NCBI GenBank assembly: GCA_040954595.2
Contig: CM082579.2
Span: 4,267,227 to 4,331,226, forward strand
Source of the DNA: Balanoglossus misakiensis
Taxonomy: Eukaryota > Animalia > Hemichordata
DNA: 64,000 nt
Reading direction: 5' to 3'
Part shown: positions 15,922 to 27,111 of the stretch, piece by piece
How the letters are laid out: every line of letters starts with the position of its first letter
Position numbering within the stretch: the stretch's first letter is position 1
Translations under genes and position numbers: made by a program
Notes under the pieces: generated by a model
Database searches by the model: none
Seen by the model: the letters and a program-made list of their open reading frames with translations, nothing else
Told to the model about the DNA's origin: nothing

Positions 15922-18900
15922 TCATGTCACTGAGGCATTGTCTGGACAACCTTCCGCTGCATTTACGGATGACCGTTCCTCAGCATGCAGCAATTTCTCA
16001 GCATTTCGTCTCCTGTAGGTGGTCCTGAGACACACTATCAAGGTGATGGCTTGAAGGCACACAAGTACAGTGTACACCATCATGGCCACTGAAAAAGAAA
16101 CGCCATTTTGAATGACCAACTGACTACAGAGTATGACCTTTAGGAACAACATTAAAGAGGAACAAAATTATGCAAGTCACGTGTGATGATCTGAAAAGAT
16201 TGAAATCACTATGGATACCTGTCATGTCTTTGGGCTCTGAAACACTTGTCCCCCCAGTACTGTCTTGATACAAGTGCGCCACCAGCGAATGAGCAGAGCC
16301 CCCAGGTTGGCGGGAAACGATACACTTCTGATGGATTTTTTCAGAGTCTGTCATCGGCCGACCCAGTGATTCAAGCACAAATGTAAATATTATACCCTGC
16401 AGATGCCTGAAAGTGCAAAGAAAAAACACCAACAAAAAAAGGCAATGAAACTACAGGGAAACAGAAGCGGGTATAACATATTTTTCCATTTAGTGTTTCT
16501 TGAAATATGCACAGAAGCAACACATTTCATATTTTCAGTAGAAATATATTCACTTTTTTTTTTAACACACCAGAAATGTATTTTTTGATGGAGAATATTG
16601 CCTTATAATCATCTGTCCTTCAATTAGAGTGAGCGACTGAATTGAATTCATTCATATTGTGTTGTTATGCTAATTATTATACTAATTACTAAGCTAATTG
16701 TCATGCCAAATCACCTGCTGTTTGGTTCAAAATAGCCTCATTGTCATCCGTTAAAAACTTGATTATTATAATATCTGCAAGTTTACACATGTAATTACTC
16801 ACATGCTTATCAAGAGAAGCCCAACAGACGTGGCCTCGGCCACCGGGTATGTAATTTCCACAGCTAACTCTAAGACGATGGGAAAAGTGGCACTGGAGAA
16901 GATGCCGGATAAGATGTTGCTGACGAGAATCAACGCTTCCATGTTGGGAACCATGGCTACCTGGAGACATAACAAAATGGATGTCATATATCTCTTGATT
17001 TAACCCTTTCATCCTCAGTTTCCTCTTTAGAGGTCCAATAGAAATACCATAGAAAACAATGGGTTTGGACTGAACCATGGTGGTGAAAAAAAGTTAATGT
17101 CTGACTTACCACAAGCACCACGGTGTTCATGACTGCGGCCAACGCCTGCGTGACTTTGAGGCCTTCTTCAAACAATTTGGTTTTATCGATGAACAGTGAC
17201 CCAGCGAGGCCTCCAAGCCAACCAATACCGGACTGCAACCCAAGTGCCCACCCTGTGAATGTCTTAACAACAAGGAGGAGGAAAAAATCATTTCAAACAC
17301 TTTGTTGCTGTTTAATACAGAGACGTACCTTAATCAGGCATAGACAGTTTAAGACCTGATGAGGTTTCGGTGGAGCTCCTTAAATTAACTTACCGGGGTG
17401 TAGCCTTGAGAACAGAGCATTTCCTCTGCAAGGACATTGAAGGTATTGAACAGTCCACCTGCCACACCCATAACCACTATGTACAGCAGAAACGACCAAT
17501 TTTTGGAGATCTGAAACAAAGGAAAAATAGTGCACCTATTAGGATCATTTACCAAAAGAGGGCGGTCGCTCTTCGAAAGAAAGCCAAGGTCAGACCCCAC
17601 ATACTTGAACAGCATTCTACTGGCAGGCAAACATCAACATAATCATTTTAATTCTACAGTTAATTAACCGCATTGTTTGCAAAATGTCCTAATTATTATT
17701 CTGCCATGTCGTAATGAGTATAATTCTCCTTTGTAATTAAATAGAAATACGTAATCAAACATAGGGGCCACCATGCTCGTTTTTGAAATACTTGCAAGGC
17801 TGTTAAACACTTGTAGAGGGTGATAGAATGGTTAAATACCTGCTTCAGTCCCTTCCAATATGGCTGCATCTGTACAGCAGCACTTGGTGATGGTGGAGTA
17901 GGAGGTGTACTACTGCACATACCAAATGTCACCAATAATGCACCTAGTGTTGCAGGAACTGCATATACAATCAACTGTGAAACAGATATCAATAGCAATT
18001 AAATGTATGTGTATGTGTATGTGTATGTGTATGTGCATGCATGCATATGCATCAATTAAAATGGGGAGTAAGCGTTTGGTTTCCAGGAAAGAGAAGGTTC
18101 AGATCAGGCAAGTTCAACTACACAGTTATGGTTATACTCACCAAAAGTGGTACACCATTGTTTTTAATGATAATCGGCGAGATCACATTACTCAGGCTGT
18201 AGCCAATGGCTGACGACACCACCATTGTCGCAAAGGCGCGTTGGTTTTCGCCGAACCACTTCTCGGAGACTTTGGCCGGGCAGGAGATGAAGATCGGGTA
18301 AGCCGAGGCTGAAATGACCTGGCCTGCGAGCACCACGGGGAACGACCAAGACTGGGGGACGAAAGGCAGCACACTGAATATACGCACAATGCTGCCTATG
18401 GCCGTCACCCATGCACCGATCAACAGCTGCGAAATTGAAACAATTCCATTAAATGTCGTGTCAGATGAAGAACTTTATTAAAGACAGTTTTGTAAGTTGT
18501 TTAATTTTATTTGCAGATTCTGGACTAAAATACCTTAGTACATGTATTTGAAAATGAAATGTTTGGTCACTGCGGGTAATGCTGTACTTTAGTTGCAGAG
18601 TAATGTACACAGCTGAGCTTTGGGAGAGTAGAAACTCATTTTAGGGCCAATAGATTTATTATCATGTCACTTACAGAAGGGCGGAGTCCGTAGGTGTCTA
18701 ACATCCACGTGGCAACAAACCCCATAGGTACAGACAGAATCAGATACATGATTGAAAATAGATTGATGCTGTTGTCGGAGACATTGTAGTACTGTGCCAC
18801 TACACTGGCCGCAGGACTGAATGACAACCACAGCTGAAAAAAAATTGGAAAATGAGAATATGTATTTCTGAGGCTAGGAAAAAAAAGAATTATATAAAGG

Positions 18901-19788
18901 CTAATTTGGAATGTGTATGTGCATGATATTTAAAGACATAAACCAAGCTCTCTTTATATCCTCACTGTCAGTTGATATATGTATTGAGAGGAACAACCGC
19001 AGCTAGTACACAAAACATCATTCAATCACTTGCATTGTATGGCCAAAAGCAGAAGTGACTGGTCTGTGAAACTTTGAATGGCAACACGGTCCAAATTTAG
19101 GCTGTTTTCACTGACACATCCATATATATGGAAGGTGCAAAGGTCAAGAGAAAGTGGCTGGTATGTGCATGAAACTGTGAATGCTGTGTGTGCACCGACA
19201 TATTGGAAATGGGGTCAAAGGTTAAGGAAAAGTGGCTGTCTGTAAAATGTATTCATTTTCTATTTTGTTTGTATGTTTGCTTCTGGCTTCCTACCATGGC
19301 CCGCAGGCCCTTGTGACTATGGACTAACTGACTAAGGGCTAAGTGGACATGGTGTTGTAGACTCTTCCGGAACATACATGTATCAACATATTAAGCTGCA
19401 GTACCACAGGTCAAGGTTTTGCCTGGTACTGGATATTGGTTTTGCTGTACCAATTAATTAACATACAATACCAGGCAAAACCTTGAGCTAGGGTACTGCA
19501 GCTATTTGTACATGCATAGCTGCACATACACTACTGGGAACGCTGATCAGACTGACACATGTACAGGTGAAAATGTACTCTTACCAGTTGACTGGAATAC
19601 GTCAACAATGCGGCAATAAACAGGACGAACCATCTCCTTTTGTAAACTCTGTAAACGGGTACGCAGACCTTCGGCTCGTGATCTCCCAAGGTCAACTTGT
19701 CACCCTCTTCATATACTGTGGATACTGACTGACCAGTGTCACTGTTGCTGGTGTCGTAGTGGTCCATGCTGGCCAGAACATTGACCAT
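15922..19788 (-). CDS. SLC49A3: MFS transporter of the SLC49/FLVCR family (SLC49A3/MFSD7-like), 9 exons
   Basis: Approximate exons 19585-19788, 18675-18833, 18142-18427, 17840-17974, 17394-17510, 17110-17262, 16803-16960, 16219-16407, 15922-16089. Family motifs YRVYKRRWFVL, WLSFSPAA, WMLDTYGLR, PAKVSEKWFGENQRAFAT, PPTPPSPSA, LELAVEITYPVAEATSVG and TTYRR. Confidence 0.88.
18003..18036 (+). repeat. (ATGTGT)n hexanucleotide microsatellite in SLC49 intron
   Basis: atgtatgtgtatgtgtatgtgtatgtgtatgtgc. Confidence 0.85.
19394..19503. mobile_element. Small fold-back element / MITE-like inverted repeat in SLC49 intron 1
   Basis: AGCTGCAGTACCacaggTCAAGGTTTTGCCTGGTA ... TACCAGGCAAAACCTTGAgctagGGTACTGCAGCT: ~35-bp imperfect inverted arms around a ~40-bp AT-rich spacer. 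Confidence 0.6.
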
Positions 19789-20160
19789 AGAGTTTACAGC
19801 AGGCTAATTACAGTCAGGATCATGATCAACTTTTCATATCGCTGCAAATAATAAATCAGAATGAAAACAATGTTTATCTACCAACTGTGAAATGCGTGGA
19901 CTGATGTCTTGTTTGCCTTGAGTCCTTGCAAAGACCGGTTGTACTCGCAGGCCTTCGGTCACTCTCTCAGTTGCTGACAATAACTTTGCCGTAGGAGGCG
20001 TGATATCTTTTTTTCGCTTGCCTTTATACTGAGGAAATGCTTGAAATTTTCCCGACTGACGCCGAAAAATATACATGTTTTGGGCATTTAGGTTTTGTCG
20101 AATACAACGAGGCGTGGGATAAATAGCGGGATAAATATAGAGTAGGACTGCGAAGGAGAA

Positions 20161-20208
20161 GATGACGACGACGACGACGACGATGATGATGATGATGATG
20201 ATGATGAT
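20161..20208 (+). repeat. (GAC)n(GAT)n trinucleotide microsatellite
   Basis: Directly visible; abuts the LINE fragment. Confidence 0.95.
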
Positions 20209-20420
20209 TGAAAGTCAGAATGATTTCGACGAGAGAATGACACACCGACAGTAAAACATTTTGACTCGCGTGAAATTATTTAAGTTACCGCAGAAGGTAT
20301 AATTTCTGTTGAGGTTTACGTGTAATGTAGTCTGTATTTTCAGATCATCAATACTAGATCCTAAATACTTAAAACGTGAAACGACTTCGACAGACTCATC
20401 AATTGTGACAGGTGTGATAT
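20209..20420 (-). mobile_element. Decayed non-LTR retrotransposon (LINE, Rex1/Babar-like) RT C-terminal fragment
   Basis: PVTIDESVEVVSRFKYLGSSIDD, then in shifted frames QKLYLLR*LK / CHSLVEIILTF. This resembles the LINE RT thumb-region motif (VE.V..FKYLG..ID..L...RLYFLRKL...S.IES.LTF). Confidence 0.65.
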
Positions 20421-21304
20421 CAGAACAGATGTTGTGACCAGGCATAATTCCTATGGTTTAATTTGCTGATATTCATAAGCTAAAAAGCTATTTCACCACA
20501 CCGACTGTTTCAATTTCCAATATTGCTAAACGTATATACTCATCTACTGAGAATCCCAACTTTTGAGTAGACCAAAAAGGGCCATGTCATCTCCAAATTT
20601 AAATGGACATGTTCAGTCCTGGTCGCACGTGTTAGGGTTTTTATTTTGTTTCATCGGAATATTAATCATGACACCTTATTTTTTTAAAAGAGTACACTCT
20701 GGATAAAATTAGCATGCATTGAAATTGCAGGTACCCTAAAGCGCGTTTATTATCTTTTTGACAGGAAAGGGCTTGAGGGAAAATCTAGGGTCCGGATATG
20801 AAGGCATTGCTAAAGAAATGCGGTTCTGGTGTAGTTTGGTTGGCAGAGCAGTTGGATAATCCAAAAACTTATCCAAGTATATTTTCTCAGAGAATACGAG
20901 AGAGTTGTCTGAAAGACTGGTCAGAAAAATAGTCAATGGTTCTGCCAGACTGCGCGTTGTGCTGAACGCATAAGTCGCAGTCTTCTTGTCCCGGTAGACA
21001 CGAACGTTTTCTGAGTTGCAGTTTGAATACCCATACTCTTCTCTCTACATATACATGAACACATTTTATTATAGAAGACGAATATCAGTTTCTGTATATA
21101 TTGATATTATTGTGTGTTCTTCAATTGTTAACAACATATCCGCCGTATCATATGGAGGTGAATGGGTACTGGAAATTCAAATGGCCAACGAAAAGTCATC
21201 GATAAATTTGAGGTCATTTGAATATACATGTATTACAGATTCACCCCATACCGAATATTTATTTATAGCCCAAAATGATGCCTCGTCAGCTGCACAGAGG
21301 TGCA

Positions 21305-21311
21305 TATATAA
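21305..21311 (+). promoter_or_regulatory. TATA box of PAN gene copy 1 (paralogous CATATAAGG at ~24555)
   Basis: TATATAA about 85 nt upstream of the ATG, where homology between the two copies begins. Confidence 0.6.
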
Positions 21312-21393
21312 GGCACAGTTGTTGGACGGAAAATCTCACAACAGACTTGGTACTCCTGACTGCGAACGAACAGCCAAACGATCAACAAGAAGT

Positions 21394-23362
21394 ATGGGTA
21401 TCGTGATGAAGGCTTCGGTCCTCCTTGTAGTGGCACTGTGTCAGGTCAGTGTAAAGTTTGCATGCAGCGCTGGTACCGACTACAGTTCAGTAATTGTGCG
21501 ATGAAGACAACAGTTCAGACAAATACTTTTTGCCGCTATTTACCTATACTTTTTATTCGAGTCGTTTGGAAGGCCGGACATATTTGCGGACTAACTTGGA
21601 AAATCGTGTGAGAACATTTCTCAGTCCGTTGGAAATCCCCAAATGAAGCAGCCATCGACTACACATAAGTACACTGAACTTTAGTTAGTAACATAACATT
21701 TCAGAGATCTCCCGATCCATTTACCAAACATACGAAGTATATATACGCTAGACATTCCGTCATTCCTCTACCGTCACTACATGTGACAATGTTGGGAAAC
21801 AAGATGTTGCTCTAACTTTTGCGAGCGTTTGAGTGCGTCAACCGAAGTTCATAATTACGGGTGGTAAACGGTTGTCACTGCATGTCCTTTCCAATTCACA
21901 TTTTTAAAAGAAAGTTTCGACTACGTAAATCTAGAAACGATTAATATCCAAGGCGTGAATTTAATATCGGTCGAGCGTCCACCCCGAACTGTCGTTGACA
22001 GTTTCAACTTGAGGTGTAATGATATCCTGGCAACTTCGTCTTTGTCAGTCAACGCTACACACATATCGTGACAGAAATAAAATGTTGGCGCGGGCTTTGG
22101 AAGGGGCCGTATTCACAGATGCCGTGCTAATGAGTAGGTTCTGGTCCGTGATAGTAATTAACACTCGCGCACCACAAACGCAAGTAATTAACACAGCTAA
22201 TTATAACAACTGACCGCAAGTTGAATGCACACATCATGTGACCGTCTCTTGACTTTCTCGAACAGATCTCTGACCGTGTATTTTGAACAAATATGAGCTT
22301 ATATACCACCGCGGTGATTAGTAACTTTTGTCACTGTGTTTATTTTTCTGCCAGTTTGCTCAGATTCATGGAATCTGCGAAAATGGTAAGTACGAAAACT
22401 TGACACATTTGAATATTAAATTGTATGTAAATAGAATTTTACATGATAAGGCAGAGGTCCAATTCTGTGAAATTCAAGTCCATGTCGTAAACGAAGCGGT
22501 AATTCTGTCGGAAAAAATCACATTGAATGTTGGACGTGTACTCGTGTCTGTATTTCAATATTGGATATTTGTATTTGGAGAGAACTTAATGCAACAATAT
22601 GTACGTTTATCAATGCGATGGATATTTTATTCAACTCCAATAATATATTCTTGGTATATCACAGGCGTAGGCTGTAACATGGAAGATGGTTTCGCCACAC
22701 CTGGAAATGACATCAATAACGGCTACCAAAACCTCAAGAACAGTGCAGAGGAATGTTGTGAAGATTGCAAACGCAACAGTCAGTGTCTCGGATGGACTTT
22801 CAGAAAGAACACTGGCGAATGCTGGTTAAAGAACCCAATTCCTGCGAAAGTAGTGGCTTCAGATGCCGTCGCGGGCGCCGTTGATAGATCAGGTAAGGTC
22901 AAAGGTGCACCATCTGCAGCTTTTGGCCATGTCTTTCATTATTCGCGTATCAACCATGGTTTTTTGTTGGGCTCCCTGAAGCAGGGTTGAATCATTATGT
23001 GTAATGCTCCTATAGTCCGTGTGCGCACAAGACAATCAATATTGTTACTGTACAGTTGAAAGAGCGTCTACGGTCATGTCATGTCACCTGCCACTGTGTT
23101 AAATCTGCAACGGCAATTGCCTGTTGTTGATTTCGTAGGATGCTGCTTTGAAGATTGCGTCGCCAGACCCGGAAATGACCTCAACAACGGGTATCAAGAT
23201 CTCAGGGACAGCGCCGAAGCGTGTTGCCAAAGCTGCAAAGGGCGAGCTGGCTGTGTCGCCTTCACGTACAGAAAGAACACCCGCGAGTGTTGGCTGAAGA
23301 GTCCAGTTCCTAAAAGATATGGCGCAGCAGTACCGCAGGCTGTATCAGGAGTGCTTGGCTGA
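21394..23362 (+). CDS. Small secreted protein with two PAN/Apple (PAN_4-like) domains, copy 1
   Basis: Exons 21394-21444 (signal peptide MGIVMKASVLLVVALCQ), 22355-22385, 22665-22892, 23139-23362. Each domain reads PGND.NNGYQ.L..SAE.CC..C....C..[WF]T[FY]RKNT.ECWLK. Confidence 0.85.
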
Positions 23363-24641
23363 TGAGGTAAATTGAGAACCAGGGATTGTTTCAATAAAAG
23401 GGAGGGGGTGAAGATAGTGGCCCTTTAAAGTTAAACAATCACCCCTTAATTTTCATATGCCTAATGTTTATTTTATTTTCTCTTTTCAAGGGGAAAATGA
23501 TGAGAATCAGTTTTAAGGGCCATTTAAGTGTTATATTAAAAGTACTATTACGCATATTTAGCATTTTCCTCAATGTTTGTATCTTTCAGGTATCTAACAT
23601 AAACTACAGCTGAATACAACATGATTTAGACAAAGACAGTGGGGAGATGTTTTTGTCAAACGACATGTTGAAATTCATAATAGGTGGTGGTGGGATGGCA
23701 TCAAATCTTGATATTGTCCATTATGAACGTAATAAAAATAACTAGCATGGTATGAAAAGTCTCGAGTCGTTGTATTCTGTAACTCTTTTAACAATACTTC
23801 CCGAAATTGTTTATGGCAAAGATACACTGTGGGACATCCTTTCCTGCATATTTGTTGGATATACGTTTTAATCACGATTAGGGAGGCTTCATTTATTATG
23901 CGAGGGTGGGTCGGTTGGTCATGTCAAAGGTGACCCCCGGCACATTTCTAAAATGCGAATGGCAAATGTTGATTGAGGTACGTCATGCGCTTTCAAGATG
24001 ATGCATTGGCAACTAATCAGTCACCTGCATGTTAACAATTGTACATGTCGATCTGGTCGCTATATACAGATGGGCAGACAGACAGCTATGCAGGCAGGAG
24101 AGAATACGCTTGAGAAAATTCACATTGTGAGCTTACATCAACTCGCCGACCCAACTGTGTGCGAATAATAGTTGGAAACAATTGTACAATATCGTGATAT
24201 TTAGAATGTTTTATGAACGACTGATTCTTTTAATGTCTTATCTTAGGCCTCTATGTGTAACATCTGTTCTGTTCGATTCTCTGCCATCACATTATTTTAG
24301 TTGAAAACACCCACCAAATGTTCTCCTTATGAGCTTTTCATATTTGCTTCGAGCATTGTGCTACCTGTATGCCTGAATTACCTGTGCGTCTGCTCTCCCC
24401 TGTGATCTCAGCTGACCTTTGACCTACTCTCACAAATCACAGCATCCACAGCAGATACAGCGTTGCCATTTGATGCGATGGATTTGTCATGATTATCTCT
24501 ATTTGCTTGGGCCCCTTCAATGCTGCTTGCAGCTTTAATTTTCTAAATGAGGTACATATAAGGCAGAGTTGTTGGGCGGAGACTCTCACTAAAGTTGGTG
24601 CTCCTGACTGCGAACGAACAGCCAAACGATCAGCAAGAAGT

Positions 24642-26468
24642 ATGGGTATCGTGATGAAGGCCTCGGTCCTCCTTACAGTCGCACTGTGTCAGGTTTGCAT
24701 GCAGTGCTGGCACCAACTATTTTTTAATGTCTCAGTTGCTTTAGAGAGCGTTTGAGTGCGTCAACCGAAGTTCATAATTACGGGTGGTATACGATTGTCA
24801 CTGCATGTCCGTTGGCCTAATCACATTTTGAAGAAAGTTTCAACTACGTAAATCTAGAATCGACACATATCTGAAGCGTGACTTTAATATCGTATTTCAG
24901 TCGAGCGCCCACCCCGTTTCAACTTAAGGTGTAATATCCACAGCTTGAATGCACAAAGAATTTCAAACAGAAATCATGCAGCGTCTTTGCAAACTTGGGG
25001 ATAAAATCGGTTTTCCCCCCGAATGTCTGTGAAAACGCAAGCCAGGTGACCACTGTATCAATATTTCCGTTGACTATCTCAAACAGATCTCTGACCGTTT
25101 ATTTTGAACAAATATGAGCTTTATCATCGCGGTGATAAGTAACTTTTGTCTGTTTTTTTTTTGCCAGGTTGCCCTTCTTCATGGATGCGTGCATGGTAAG
25201 TACTAAAACTTTCAGTTTGACACATTTTCATATGTAAATTTAATTTTGTAGTGGGCTTGCTGGAGACCCATTCAAACGCTCTGGAGGGACAAGTCCCTCT
25301 AATTCAACGCATACATGTATGCTGGCAGTGAGACAAACGATATAACGAGGGATATGAACACATTTTATTGATGAGAGGAAAATATGCGAGACGCCTTATT
25401 AAAGACACAATGCTGTGTCCTTCACGCTTTTTGTAGAGAGATATCTGAAAAACGTCCAATAATGATAGAAAAACCAAAATTAGCAAAGTCGGGAGTTTGC
25501 CATTTTTAACAATACCCATAAAAAACGTCCCAAAATGACAGAATGAACGAAATTAGCAAATTCGGGAATTTGTCATTTTCACGAGCAATAAACCCATTAA
25601 AAATTCAAGCAGACACTTGCTGTGTTGAGAATTAGAAACCTTACTCTTTTATTTGGAAAAAGAACAATTTTGAATACTCTTATTTTTCCAAACTGTCTGT
25701 ATCAAGTTTGCCTCCTGCGTCTTTCGGAGTATTTCCTCTCAACATTTCACAGTAATTTAAATGAGTTTCTCTGGAATGGCAAAAATTCTAAGCGAAATGA
25801 CAATACAATGTGATTCCCTCTGGAAAGATGGGAGTTTTAGTCTTATATTATGAAACTCAAGGCCATGCCGTATAAGAAGCTGTTATTCTTTATATAAACA
25901 AAACACATTTGGTCTGTACTCGTGTCGATATTGTAATATTGGCTACTTGGATTTGGAAAGAATTTAATGCAATATGTACGTTTATCAATGCGATGGACAT
26001 TTTACTCAACTCCAATCATATACTCTTAATAATATATCACAGACAGCGTCTGTCCCAACATTGAAATTGGTTTCAACAGTCCTGGAAATAACCTCAATAA
26101 TGCATACCAAAACCTGAAGAGCAGTGCAGAGGAATGTTGTGAAGATTGCGTCAACAACAGTCAGTGTGTCGGATGGGGTTTCAACACAGTTTCTGGCGCA
26201 TGCTGGTTAAAGAACGCAATATCAGCGAAAGTAGCGCAACTAAATATCGTCTCGGGCGTTGTTGATAGATCAGGTAAGGTCAAAGATCAACCACCTGCAG
26301 CTTTTGGCCATTTCTTTCATTATTCGTGTTCTTTGTATCAACCATGTTTCTTGTTCGGCTCTCTGAATGCGCTATGAGAATCATATTTGAGGGCAATTGA
26401 GATGTTATATTCAAAGTTATACTTACGCATATTTAACATTGAGATGTTTGTATCTTTCAGGTGGCTAA
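24642..26468 (+). CDS. Small secreted protein with one PAN/Apple domain, copy 2 (tandem paralogue)
   Basis: Exons 24642-24692, 25168-25195, 26043-26273, 26461-26468 (GT GGC TAA). Domain PGNNLNNAYQNLKSSAEECCEDCVNNSQCVGWGFNTVSGACWLK. Not present in the supplied ORF track. Confidence 0.83.
25440..25600 (+). repeat. Two degenerate units related to the 87-bp satellite and its right flank, in PAN copy-2 intron 2
   Basis: cccataaaaaacgtcccaaaatgacagaatgaacgaaattagcaaa (25515-) matches cccatgaaaaacgtccaaaaatgacagaatgaccaaaattcgcaaa (41401-). Also tttgtcattttcacgagcaataaacccat versus the satellite's tcatttt..gagctataacccat. Confidence 0.75.
25600..25870 (+). mobile_element. Decayed L1/Tx1-clade LINE ORF2 fragment in PAN copy-2 intron 2
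   Basis: RNLTLLFGKRTILNTLIFPNCLY...LNEFLWNGKNSKR, followed by a frameshifted P.GKDGSF, matches the post-RT motif R.L[ST]L.GK....N.L..P...Y...FLW.GK...KR...P...GG. Absent from copy 1. Confidence 0.7.
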
Positions 26469-27111
26469 CGTAAACTACAGCTGAACACAACATGATTTAG
26501 ACAAAGACAGTGGGGAGATGTTTTTGTCAAACGACATTTTGAAATTCATAATAGGTGGTTGTGGGATGGCATCAAATCTTGATATTGTCCATTATGAACG
26601 TAATAAAAATAACTAGCATGGTATGAAAAGTCTCGAGTCGTTGTATTCTGTAACTCTTTTAACAATACTTCCCGAAATTGTTTATGGCAAAGATACACCG
26701 TGGGACATCCTTTCCTGCATATTTGTTGGATTTACGTTTTAATCCCGATCAGGGAAGCTTCATTTATTATGCGAGGGTGGGTCGGTTGGTCATGTCAAAG
26801 GTGACCCCCGGCACATTTCTAAAATGCGAATGGCAAATGTTGATTGAGGTACGTCATGCGCTTTCAAGATGATGAATTGGCAACTAATCAGTCACCTGCA
26901 TGTTAACAATTGTACATGTCTATCTGGTCGCTATATACAGATGGTCAGACAGACAGCTATGCAGGCAGGAGAGAATACGCTTGAGAAAATTCACATTGTG
27001 AGCTTACATCAACTCGCCGACCCAACTGTGTGCGAATAATATTTGGAAACAATTGTACAATACAGTGATATTTAGAATGTTTCATGAACGACTGATTGTT
27101 TTAATGTCTTA

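Noticed and set aside
23418-23523. Short inverted repeat tggccctttaaa / tttaagggcca as a MITE
   Set aside because: Arms are very short and the right arm has a homologue in copy 2, so it is not a discrete insertion.
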